From assembly GCA_051047955.1 (NCBI GenBank), contig JBPGPT010000011.1:434001-498000 (forward strand): a stretch of 64,000 nt of DNA. Direction: 5' to 3'. Position 1 is the stretch's first letter, and each line of letters begins with the position of its first letter. The notes beneath the pieces are model-generated. The model saw nothing but the letters and a program-made list of their open reading frames with translations, did no database searches and had not been told where the DNA came from. This document shows, one piece after another, positions 34,603 to 46,143 of the stretch. The position numbers and the translations under genes are program-made. The stretch comes from Cystobasidiomycetes sp. EMM_F5. Taxonomy: Eukaryota.

Positions 34603-37600
34603 ATGCGCCGACTATTTTTTGGCAGACGGAACAGAGATGATAGAAAGGGCGGCAATAACGACGAGCAGAGGGGAGACGGATCCAAGACATCTAATCCAGA
34701 TGGTATTGATGGCGCGGGCAATGAGTTCACAGCACCTCAACAGCCAGTATTGTCAACGGCGGCAGTCCCGTCGTCAAATGACGGCAATACAGCGCCAACG
34801 CCAGTCGTGAAGCAGGTAGCATTCATCACTCCAGTCCACAGTCCAGCGCAGCCATCGACGCCTGCAGATGACATCCAGTCTCTCGTCGGCACCAGCGGTC
34901 TCGTCTGCTTTCCTCGGCACCCGAGTTCGAGCAGCAACCCAGCTCAAGCTGGTCAGTCGACCATTGACAGAGCAAATTCCCCTAAAGCTAGCTTGCACGT
35001 CCCTTCACAACCTACTCGACATGTCTCCCTCGATACCGCAAACCGAATGAACAATGGAGGTCTCAGCCCGGATATGTCTAAGAGTCGACAATCTCCCTTA
35101 TCTAATACATCCCTACCTTCGGCGAGCAATACCAACGTTGCCTCGGATCCAATGGTTCGCTCTGGTACTTCCTTGTCGCAAAATACCGTCGCCTCGACTG
35201 CTTCGTCGGCAATAGGGGGATCTTATCTTGGTCATAGCCCGCTATATGGTGGTCCTCATTCTGCTTCGTTTCAGCCAAATGTGACTATCCTAGCTAGCTA
35301 CGCTCGTGATCAGAACACAGATACTGCAAGTAATGGCATTCGTCAGCACCTCACTTGGTCCGAAATCACAAACGACGAGCTCGTTGATAATCTTGGTGGG
35401 AGAGAACGAACGCGCCAGGAAGTTTTGTTCGAAATCGTATGCAGTGAAGAGAGATACGTGCAAGATTTGCTGGTGAGTTTCTACCTGATTTTGTGTGCCT
35501 TTGGTCATCAGCTGAAATGGTCCTTTCTCATACTCGAAAACGCTAGTCGTTGTACGCAAATTACATTGAACCCCTCCTTCGCAGTTGCGGCTCGAGTATG
35601 TCGCAGCTTGGAATCCACTATGGTGGCACGCAGACCTCGCTCCCGCCGGTCAGCTTGTCGTATACCAGTACTCGCTCCAGCCCAGCGGTTCCTAGCCGCA
35701 ATGTCTCTCCCCCACCTCGACCAGCAGAAGATCTAAACGGGACGATGCGCGCGCCTTCTTCAAAATACGCCAGTCACATCGGAGGAGCCAACTCAAATTC
35801 ACAAATGGAGTCGTCGATGGATAATCTGCCCATCGCTTCCATGTTTGCTCATCGCACGTCGATTGAGATGACTTACAATTCAAAGCATACGTACGATACA
35901 GCTGTGGGGTCGACCAACACAGCTCGCTCTACTGTTTCTCCGCCGCCATCCTCCGAAGAGCACAGTGGTTATACTAAATCCCGCGATGCATCGGGCAGCA
36001 CGGCGATCACGAGCAACCCAGACATTGACCGTGCAGCAGGGCCTGAGACCATTCGCGGTACGCAGATCAGTCACGGTCCAGGGAACGAGCAACCCCGCAG
36101 TGGTCGACTCGCAGCCATTTTCGGAAATGGTAATCTCGGCAGTATGCAGAGTTTCGACAGGCGGACGCCAAGTACTTCAACAGGGCAAGTAGACCGTACA
36201 CTCAATGTCCCAACTGCGTTCAGACATCATTTGAAGGCGCTTATACCTCCACCACCGAACAAGCTGCATAAAACGGGACTCGCTAACCTGACGGCGTCCG
36301 CTGAGCGCGACCTTCCGCTCATCGTGCCGGATGCGTTACGGATCGTCTGCGAGACTGTCGCGAGGCATCTGCTGGAAGGACATCTTGCACTCTCGGGTCG
36401 ATTGAGAGCTCGCTATGAGGAGCAATATCGTAAGTCATACTGGCTTTTGATGACCGACTTGCGTTCCGCGCTAAGACAGTCGATATCACAGCTCTGGTAA
36501 GAACTCTTGCAGACGTCTTCACGGATCAGGCATGGATGATACAACACTATGCGACGTACGTGGTCAATCTTGAGCAAGCATTAGAAGACATCGAGGAGAT
36601 ACTAGCGATAGTGAATCCGGTAGCGGCAATTCGAAACCGGGCAAAAAGTAAGGAGGTATTGAAGGAACAGAAACGCCTGGCGAGGGAGATTATGGTGCGT
36701 TTGACTTGCGGGCGACGTGCCGTGGCTGAGGCAAGCCCGTTCACAGAGACTGGAAGAACAGGCCGCCATGAGAGGTCAACCAGGCCTGTTCATCTGCCTC
36801 AGTCAACCATTTCAGCGGCTTTTAAAGTATCCACTGCTCTTTCAGAGCCTGTTATACCAGTAAGCCTTTCTCCTCCAGCCATCGCTTATTGCAGTCTAAT
36901 GTAGGCTGGCGCAGCACGGACTCGTCAACGAAAGACTACGACGCTACTCAGCAGGTATGCCTCAGAATACGCGCGTGATTGAGGAATAGCTGACGATATT
37001 TCCACAACAGCTTGCGTTCGAGATCGATGCTATTGTGCGAAGTATCGAGGATCAGAAAGCGTCTGAGGAGGACCGTGCACGGACGCGCGATTGTTGGGCT
37101 CGCATCGAGGATGTGGATGACAGAGTAAGCTGACATGATGCATAGTGTCCACTGCCACTAGACTGTCACTGTGCTAATATATGGTGATGTAGACCCTGAT
37201 GATACCCAGGCCAGATCGTCTGTTAGTCTCAGAAACCGCCATGTGGACACCGTCTCCGAGCCTCTCGGCAGCGCGACGAACATTCTCGGATGCTGGTCGG
37301 GAGCTGCGCAGTATAGAAGCAGTTCAAGCAGAGTCCAATTCTAAAGCCAAGAACTTTCGTCGTCTTTCCGATCTTGTCGGAGGAGAGAAGCACAATCACT
37401 TTCAGAGAGAGAAAGTCAAAAAGGAGCCATCTGTCGGAAGCAAGCGAGATGTCTGGCTTGTCAAATTTACTGATGTCGTCATTCGGTGTCAACGAGTCGG
37501 CATCACAAAATTGCCTATCGGCAACTCCAGCAAACCTCGCAATATAGGCCGACACGAAGGGATATCTTCTACAAAAGATAGGAATTTGTACCGCTTTCTC

Positions 37601-38500
37601 AAGATCGATCACTGGGTTATGCGTGACAGCACCCACAGTAGTCCGTCTGCGACACCTGAAATCGGTACTCTCACGGCTAGTCGGGTGTTACAGGGCGCAG
37701 AAGAAGCCTTGTCGGACACACCGGAAGATGAAGAAGCTAGCAGGCCTCCGACGCCGATGCATGCCGAGGAAGGCCGCAAAAAGTAAGCTGAGCAGGCGTC
37801 TAGCATAAGACGACATGACTCATAGTTGGTTTTCATACGACCCTTCAGCCCTACTCACGTGTCCGAGATACGGCCAGCTTTCGATATCGATCCTCTTATC
37901 GGTCTGAAGTCGCTTGATGCGGTACCAGCAGTCAATACTTCTTCTATCGGCCTGGGATTGCCCGGCCGCCCTACAGTTTCCTCGACGACCCGACAAGTCA
38001 TACGAAGAGAGGCTCCCGCTAATGCGAAATTTAGCAATCGGGTGCGACCTTCCATCGGAGAGACTATGACAGCTTCAGCTACTTTGTCGGGTAAGGCGGA
38101 CGGTGCTACTGGCCCGCGTGTTGCGTCGCGTGCTAGCGAACGCGCAAAAGGTGCATACAACAGACCTACAGCCGCATCGATGGCGAAATCAAACATTCCT
38201 AAAGCCAATACTGCTCCGATGAAGCATAATAAAGCTGATGCGTCGCCAGCATCACCACGCGTGCGAGCTAGTAGTGCCATTTCCAAAGGCGCTGCTGCAC
38301 CCATATCTCCAGACTCGGAGCCGCAAAAGGTGCTTCGCCGGCGTAGGAGTAGCTTCTCCGTCATGCCGAGCGGTAGTGAAATCACAGCGGATCATCGGAC
38401 GAAACACTCCAGTCAGGGCAATCGAGACAGCGATTCCGGCATGGATTCTGGCGTAGCCCTCTTCAGTCAGTACTGGAAGGAAGACCGCTCTGCTGTTTAG
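34603..38500 (+). CDS. Dbl-homology (RhoGEF) domain protein
   Basis: RERTRQEVLFEIVCSEERYVQDL; YATYVVNL; LSQPFQRLLKYPLLFQSLL; PH-like VWLVKFTDVVIRC downstream. Confidence 0.88.
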
Positions 38501-38703
38501 ATCATCTGAAACATGGACATTATCATAGAATGCAATACTTTCTGCCCACGTTTTATCTAGACTTGTTGATCACGAATACTACGCTCATGCACGCTCACAG
38601 TCACGAAATCTGCAACGATGTTGTGCCATGTAGTACCATGAGTCATGGATTTGCAGTGTGCGCATTGCAATACTCAAGCGGGCCCAATACAGGTGGTCTT
38701 GAT

Positions 38704-39950
38704 TTACTTGCCGGCATTTGAGTGCTCTAGACCATAGCCAACACCATAGGCTATACTTGCGGCACAAGCTCCAAGTGCCACCGTACCTGCTATGCTTTTG
38801 GCATAACTACGCAGCGAGTCTCCGCTCCCTGCATGAACAAAGTCAGTCTACATTGTCGACACCGACGGCGTGTGAGTACAGCAATCACCGGAAGTATGCG
38901 CTTTTGCGACACCAAAGACGATGAGCACGAATGCTGTGAGGCCGATACTCACATACAAAGCGGTCAATACGTCTGACAGGAAGAAATATGGTAAAAGAGG
39001 TATGACGCCCGAGCACATGTAAGATGTACCGATTCTTAAAGCGCTGGTGAACATTCGGCGTGTCGATACCTCCTCTTCTCCCTCCGCAAATTTGAGCAAG
39101 AAGGCGGTAATGCCTGTATCCTGCGATATCAGAGGTTGCTGACCCTTTTCAGGATCTGGTAAAGTTGGCATGGGTCGCGTTCCGCGAAAACGTGGGAAGA
39201 TGTGGGGAGGGCGTCGAGTCGTGAGAAACGTTGAATCTTTCGGTTCTTGCGATAGCAGCCGCGCTGTTATACGATTGCAGGTCGACTGATCGAGTCCATA
39301 CGGCGCCAGTACGTTCATGACTTCCTTCTCCAATTCGCCATTGCATGATAGTTGGACTCTGTGCTTGATTTGCTTTTGCATATATCGAAAGTGATCTCCT
39401 GATACAATGGAGAACGGGAGTGAGCAAAAAGCGCACTAAGGATACTTCCGCAGGATAATTTAAGCTGGTACATACTCTCAGCTTGTGCAGCGAGATACCC
39501 GCCGATACCCATTGAGACTGCGCCCGATACAAGTTCTGCGATGCCGCCAACGACAACGATGTGGCTATTACCGGTGGTCGATAAGCCAGCAGTGACACCA
39601 AAAGGTACTGTAAGGCCATCGGAGAAGCCAAGCACAATATCTCTGTTGAAACCGGTAATGTGGAACGACTGCATTAGAGAGGACTTTCAGGATCACAAAC
39701 TGATGAAGGGTAGGTTTTATCACCTGATCACATCTGGATCCACCAACGTGCGCGACTTCTTCCCTCTGATGTCCTTGCAGCATGTTTCGACGGGCCTGTT
39801 ACCGGTGCACGTACTTGTTTTGACCGCTATAGGTTCTGCTCGTACTGCGGTGCGATTTATGTTGCAGCAACTCAGTCTGCCGTCTGGCGCACAGCAGGTG
39901 GCCGCTTCGATGGCTGTCTCTTCAGAAGAGTGCCTGCTAGGAATCGACAT
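38704..39950 (-). CDS. CCC1: VIT1/CCC1 family vacuolar iron/manganese transporter
   Basis: RDIVLGFSDGLTVPFGVTAGLS; GGIAELVSGAVSMGIGGYLA; GVIPLLPYFF; FGVAK. Four exons. Confidence 0.9.
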
Positions 39951-40850
39951 TGTTTGTCAACCGTCACTCGCGAACGACTTGCGAACTGCGTTCAAAGAGA
40001 TTGACGTTGTCGCTGGTCAAGATGACCAAATTGTATTGAAATTCTGAAAGAATGAACGTGCAGGTCGTTTCTACGTCAATATTTCCGCGCTGAACCGCGT
40101 ACGCAATTCGATTCGTGATTCTATGCCTTGGTGGCGAAAAACGATATGCGACGCTTGTCATTGGTCAGCCGCTAAGAATGGGATATTTCCTGGGGAAAAC
40201 GATGCCAGTAAAGCGGTAACATCTGATATTTGACGTATGCTTGAATATGCGGTGCGGATACTATAGCTGCAGCTGTTTAGCAGGCAAGTCAGCCGCGCAG
40301 CTTCGAGCAGTCAGTCGCATATCGAAGGTATTATCGAGACGATCTTTGACGCAAGCCTTTCGACACAGAATGAAGGTCAGGTCGTCACATCATGAGCGGG
40401 CATAGTAAAAGCTCTCGCGAGTAGATGTGCCTCAGGTATTGAATGGCAAGTCTGCAGCCTCGACAGTCTCTGACGTCGGAGAGGGCGAAGGGCGAAGGGA
40501 ATGCCTTTCCCTCCCGAGCGAGCGTTGTATGACGGTATTGATGAGACTCAGCAGCATCAGGCCAAATGGCCAAGTTCAGTGAGCGTGTTGTTGGGCATTC
40601 CGCCTGCAATCTAATCAGATAAGACGCGGCCGACAAGCGTTCACCCTGCAGACGTCAGTGTGAACCTATGCTGATTGTTTAGCATCTCAGTCTGGATGTC
40701 AGTTGCGGCCTAGCAGTCTCGGCCAGAGCTTTGCGTCTTGTTTAGTTGAGAGGAATCGAGTTGCATTCTCCATCTTTGTTTCGACAAACTCTCGATTTCC
40801 AACCAATATCTGATGGAATGGTCGCAACAGCAGCAGTATACTGACCGAAG

Positions 40851-42240
40851 ATGGACCATGAGCTGAGGTGCAATGACCTCTCATGCCGTCGTATTCTCTC
40901 CATCCAGGAGCCAAATGCCATCGTCACGAGCTGCAGCCGCGAGTTGTTGTTCAGCTGGCACTTACTGGCCGCCATGACTGATATCCACATGAATATATCG
41001 CATCCAGACATCTTCTGCAGTGTGTACACGTACTGATGACCCCCGTTGTGGTGGATGCGACTGATACACATCCATCCTGTCCGCCGCAAACAAGTCTCAT
41101 GCGCCCAAAACCTCTTCAATTCGAATCGTCTCTGTCCAGCTTGCGATGGCCCATTGCCTGATCCGCAAGTGCAGTCTCTCATGCTAGCTTGAAGTAAATG
41201 ACGAGTCAATCCGCTTTCTTCTAGCGACGACATTGCGCAGACCAATCTAAGCCCAAATCAAGCCTTCAAGACGACCATTCTTGCGGGCATGCATCCTTCA
41301 GTCATCAACGACATATGTGGACGCGCTTTGAGCTTCTGGACGTATCAGCAATCTCAAGAAGCTGCTTTTCAAGCTATGATTGCCAAAGATTCACAAGAGG
41401 TACGAATACTTGGCCTTGATACCTGACAGCTAACTCGTCGTACAGAGATCTGCCGTTCTCGAAGTCAACAAGGTCGTTAGGGAAGCGAACTCCCAAATCA
41501 CTCGTAAGCACTTTAATTCCGGGAGAGCGTGGCTGATGCTCACACATACTCTGCAAGTCATGCGGGATAAGGTAACAAGTAAGGCCGTCTTCCGGTCATA
41601 GCGCACTCTGCACTGAGTATACGATAAGATCTGCAAAAGGAGCTTGATCAGACACTCCGCCGCAACCACGAACTGGCCGAAAAGAACAAGCAGACGACAC
41701 AGGAGTACTCGAAATTGAGAGGACAGTACGATAAGCTGGCCAATCGCAGTGCTGCTACCAACATCAACTACGCTCTCGGCAAATCGAGTATGGGCCAGAC
41801 GCCACTCCATCTCCCTCGAGCCGCATTGCAAGCGGTGAGAGCCTCTGCTGATATCCAATTTCCCGTTCACTGACGTTTTGACTTCATAGCAGCCTTTCCA
41901 TCCTAATGTCGTAACGAACAATACGGAGCGACGACGAACTCTGCCAGTCAATCATCAACCTCAGCTTTTCGTAGACCGCCTTACGAGCACGATGAATGCC
42001 GCACCAGCAAGGTCGACGCGATCAGGATCAGGCTCTTCTTCCACGCGTTCGAATGGTCGACCCAACCAGTTTGTGATTGAGCGTGCACCCGCATTGCCGA
42101 CAATGCCAAACCAGTACACCCAGCCAAACATTGACAGGACCGAGACGAATACGCGTCGGCAATTTGAATCGTTCCAAGCTCCATCCCGACCAGATTCCAG
42201 CATCAATCTCGGTCGTAGCGCCCCAGCTGTGCGGCGCTGA
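40851..42240 (+). CDS. HEI10: Meiotic RING E3 ligase Hei10 (CCNB1IP1)
   Basis: Spliced LRCNDLSCR...IVTSCSHIFCISCA...CPACD...PDD...NLSP...KTTILAG...RALSFWTYQ, then a coiled coil. Eight exons. Confidence 0.88.
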
Positions 42241-42454
42241 GGGATGTACGAGGATGACTCGTATTCACATAATAATACTGTCATCGACGTGACACACCTT
42301 TACACAATACTAGTCAGGACAATCTATGACTCGCGTTTACAGAACCACGCGGAGAAGCACACGACGAAAGAAGTCTAAGCCAAAGTTTTTGTAGCACAAT
42401 CTTCTAGACATTTTGCACTGTTTTGTTCTGCGCAATAAGGTCCTCTCCAAGAGA

Positions 42455-43925
42455 ATGTCTGACGTCTACGACCATGCCCACCGCGTTAGGATCCGCGAAT
42501 TGCTTCCCAATCTTTCGTTTGGCGAGTTTGTGACTGGTCGACTGAACTCCATCACCGATGTCCCTGGAGTGCTGGTGTCTGTCAAGAGCGTCACCAAGGC
42601 TGCGTCCAAGGCTGATGACCATCTCGAGGTCAACACTGGCTTTACCGTCATCCTGCCCCGCAGAGAATGGTTCAAGCAGGGCTGCTTTGCCGCAATTCAC
42701 AGCTTCAATGGATCCGGCGAGATGACGGGCTCGCACTGGATAAACGAGAGCGGGCTACTCAATTCTCCAATCGTCATTACAAACTCTTTTGGCGTCGGAG
42801 CTTGCTACGATGGCGTCTACAAGTATGCCCGAAAGCACTACAGGGACACCGAAAGCGGCATATGCGACTGGTTTCTTACCCCCGTCATCGCTGAAACTTT
42901 TGATGGATGGCTCAGTGATATCGGAGCCATGGCTGTTCGGCCGGATGATGTTGTCGAGGGTATCGACAGCGCGAATAGCAATCTCGTCCCGGAAGGTTGT
43001 ACAGGGTGAGGGGCCTTATTGTGTTTTGTCGGATAGCATAAGTACTGACTCTGTTCTGATCATTGACAGCGGCGGTACTGGCATGATTACAATGGGCTTC
43101 AAAGGCAAGCTGATAAGTGACAGCATGTCCAATAGCGGCTAAATAGAGATGCTATCGCAGCGGGAACGGGATCTGCAAGCCGGTCACTCGATTCAGTGCG
43201 GATAGGGACAGATGGCAAAGAAGAGGCAGTTAGATACACGGTCGGCGTACTGGTACAAAGCAACTTTGGAGGAGGAAGATACTTGACTGTCAAGGGCGTT
43301 CCGGTCGGTAAAATTCTCATCAACGAAGCTGCACGACAAGCGGAAATCGACAAAGAAGCGGAAAAGCCAAATAAGGATACCTTTGCGGGCCTGCCTGAGA
43401 GAGACGAACGCGAAGGATCAATCATCATCATCATAGCTACAGATGCTCCGCTTATTCCGAAACAGCTGGACAGATTAGTCAAACGCGCAACAATCGGTAT
43501 GGCTAGAAGTGAGCTGTCTTTTACGAAAGAGCGTTGCCTGTAGTCGGCTGACGTGTGCATCTATACCAGCTGGTGGATGGGGATCCAACTATTCCGGCGA
43601 CATATTCTTGGCCTTTAGTACTGCGCACGAGATACCACGCAACAATACACAAAGCTTTACCCCATCTGTACCTGAAGCAATACCCGTCCTCGATACGGAA
43701 GCTATCAATGCCCTCTTTGTCGCTGCAGCTGATGCTACAGAGGAAGCCATCTGTGAGTTTGACATGCACCCAACGGCCTTTGCGCGTGCCCTTCTGAGAT
43801 GCGAGACACCAGACAACGCAATCTGCATGGCGCAAGATACAAAGGGCCCAATAGGTCGAGAAGTCAAGGCCATCAATTTGCAAAAGCTCAAAGAAATAGT
43901 CGAGCGGCATGCATATGTAGGCTAA
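42455..43925 (+). CDS. DmpA-like aminopeptidase (peptidase family S58/P1)
   Basis: [40 protein letters not shown], autocleavage [23 protein letters not shown]. Confidence 0.93.
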
Positions 43926-44043
43926 AGTCAAAGCTGTTTCGTTGATTCTGAACACATAAAAGCAAAGGCCGACATGAACAGGCAAGCACAGAGCATACTG
44001 ACAAGAGTGCGTTCGCTGTACATCTATCGTTTTCCCGCATAAT

Positions 44044-45562
44044 TTACTGCTCGTTGACCCATACTGCCGCCGCGCCCATACCGAGACCAATGCACATTGA
44101 TGTGACGAGAATTTTTCCACCTGTCCGCTTGATGGCGTTGAGACCAGTCGCGACCTGACGAGCGCCTGTACATCCAAGCGGGTGACCGAGGGCAATAGCA
44201 CCTCCGTTGACGTTTACTTTAGCCTTGTCGAGCTGAAGTTTTTCGATACAGTAAACCATCATGCTCGCGAATGCTTCGTTGATTTCAAACAGATCAACGT
44301 CGTCTTTGGTGATTCCGACGCGCTTGAGGACGGCTGGGATGGCGTACGAAGGTCCGATACCCATGATTCGTGGAGCGAGTCCGGAGACCGAGGTAGCGAC
44401 GTGTTTGGCGAGGATGTGCAGACCGAGCTCATTCGCCTTTCGACGAGTCATGAGAAGGACAAAGGCACCGCCGTCTGTGATCTGAGAGGCGTTGCCTCCT
44501 GTAGTATTGGAAGGTGGCCACTGTGGGAAAGCCTGACGGATCTTTGCAAGGGATTCAGGAGTCGTCCCATTTCTGATTCCGTCATCTTGGGTGACTGTGA
44601 TTTGTCGACGCTCATTGGCGTCTGGTAGTTTGGAGTACACCTGAACGGGCGCAATCTCGGAAGAAAAGATGCCGTTGCGCTGTGCTGCTTCTGCGCGTTG
44701 ATGGGATGTAGCGGCCCATTCGTCCATTGCCTGTCGAGAAATGTTGAAGTCGCCAGCTACGTTTTCTGACGTCCAGCCCATTGGGTGAACGCAGTCTCTA
44801 GCAACAGGATGGGCTAGAGACTCTGCTGCCAAACTTGGTGCTCCGCTGTCTGGGCTGTGATAAGAGTCCAACAGGCACGTTAGTCGTGGTAGCTGGTGTT
44901 GTCAGAGGAATCGAGCCTACTTTTGGGTCATGCTCTCGAATCCGACTGCCAAGCCTACTTCAATCTCTCCATTCCTGATCTGGTTGGAGATGACTGATAC
45001 GGCCATGAGACCAGACGAGCAGAAGCGGTTGATGACTTGACATGGGGTAGAGTCGGCTGTATGATCAATCATGCGAGTTGAACTCAGATGAGCGGGGGCC
45101 GCACGGATAATGCACAGCCTATAGTTCGACTCACGGAATCCAGCAGTCAGAGCTGCTGCCCTCGCTGCGTACGCTGCACCGGGAGTGAGGACGGTGCCAA
45201 CGCAGCTGTGATAGTAGAAGGGATTTGTCAGCTTTAGGAAGCCATTGCGGGACTGTGTGGATTCAACCCACATATCCCCAATCAGCGCGGGATCCACTCC
45301 GATATTCTCCCTTGCTGCCTTGAAGGTAGCGAGGAGGAGCTCATCGGACGACGTGTCCTTGTACTGCCCCTTCTTTGCCTTGCAGAGCGGGGTCCGGAGT
45401 GCGCAGGTCACGACGACTGGGGGAAGGATTGTCAGACGGTATTCTCCCACATTGAATGGACGACTATCCCATCAGCGCACCGTCATCCGCATTCTTGCTC
45501 GTCAGCTTTGAAGCGTTGCTTCCTCGGAGGTGGTCGACGACAGACTGGAGACGGGCGGCCAT
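44044..45562 (-). CDS. POT1: Peroxisomal 3-ketoacyl-CoA thiolase with PTS2
   Basis: N-terminal RLQSVVDHL (PTS2 RLx5HL); NRFCSSGL; INEAFAS; GHPLGCTG; MCIGLGMG. Confidence 0.95.
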
Positions 45563-45854
45563 TGCGAGGGGTTAGTATAACAATGGATGGATTGGAGCAA
45601 GTTGGAGAGCAGCAGGTTGATTGAATGTCAGTTGTCAGCTGTGCAGGATATATTGATTCGCCGGGACTGCATCGGCTTCATTCGAGAACCGGCATCCGGG
45701 CATTTTATTTTTGAAAGAAGCCAGCAATTATCAATTAGAAGCAGTTTTCAAGCATCATTAGTATGCCTTGTGTATATCGTTAATTTGTATACTCCCTAGT
45801 TCAAGCTTCTCATCCAATTCTTGTATTATACGCCACCATTCCTGCCCAGACTTG

Positions 45855-45882
45855 TTTGTACTTTGTACTTTGTACTTTGTAC
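45855..45882 (+). repeat. (TTTGTAC)4 tandem repeat in the POT1/SLX4 divergent intergenic region
   Basis: Four perfect 7-nt units read directly. Confidence 0.9.
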
Positions 45883-46143
45883 TTTTAAACCCCGAATGCT
45901 TCTAAGCTTGAATTGCTGGCTGCTGTTACTTGATATGCACAATATGCCCTGCTAGTAACTAGTTAGCTGCTGGCATGCTCGAGCACATCTTGGACCCGAT
46001 CAGCAACTGGTGTTTACCTGACTCAGACTTGGACAGCCCTCATCGCAGTCTGCTACTCTCGCCTCTTGGATGCTGGCACTCTTCCACTCTGTAGCCCGCG
46101 TGTCCTGTCGTCCGTGTCCTCGAGAGAGAACGCGTTGATTGCG

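Noticed and set aside
40145..40170. HapX/CBC bipartite motif (CSAAT-N12-RWT) in the CCC1 promoter
   Set aside because: CCAAT is present on the minus strand, but the 12-nt-spaced triplet is ATA, not RWT.
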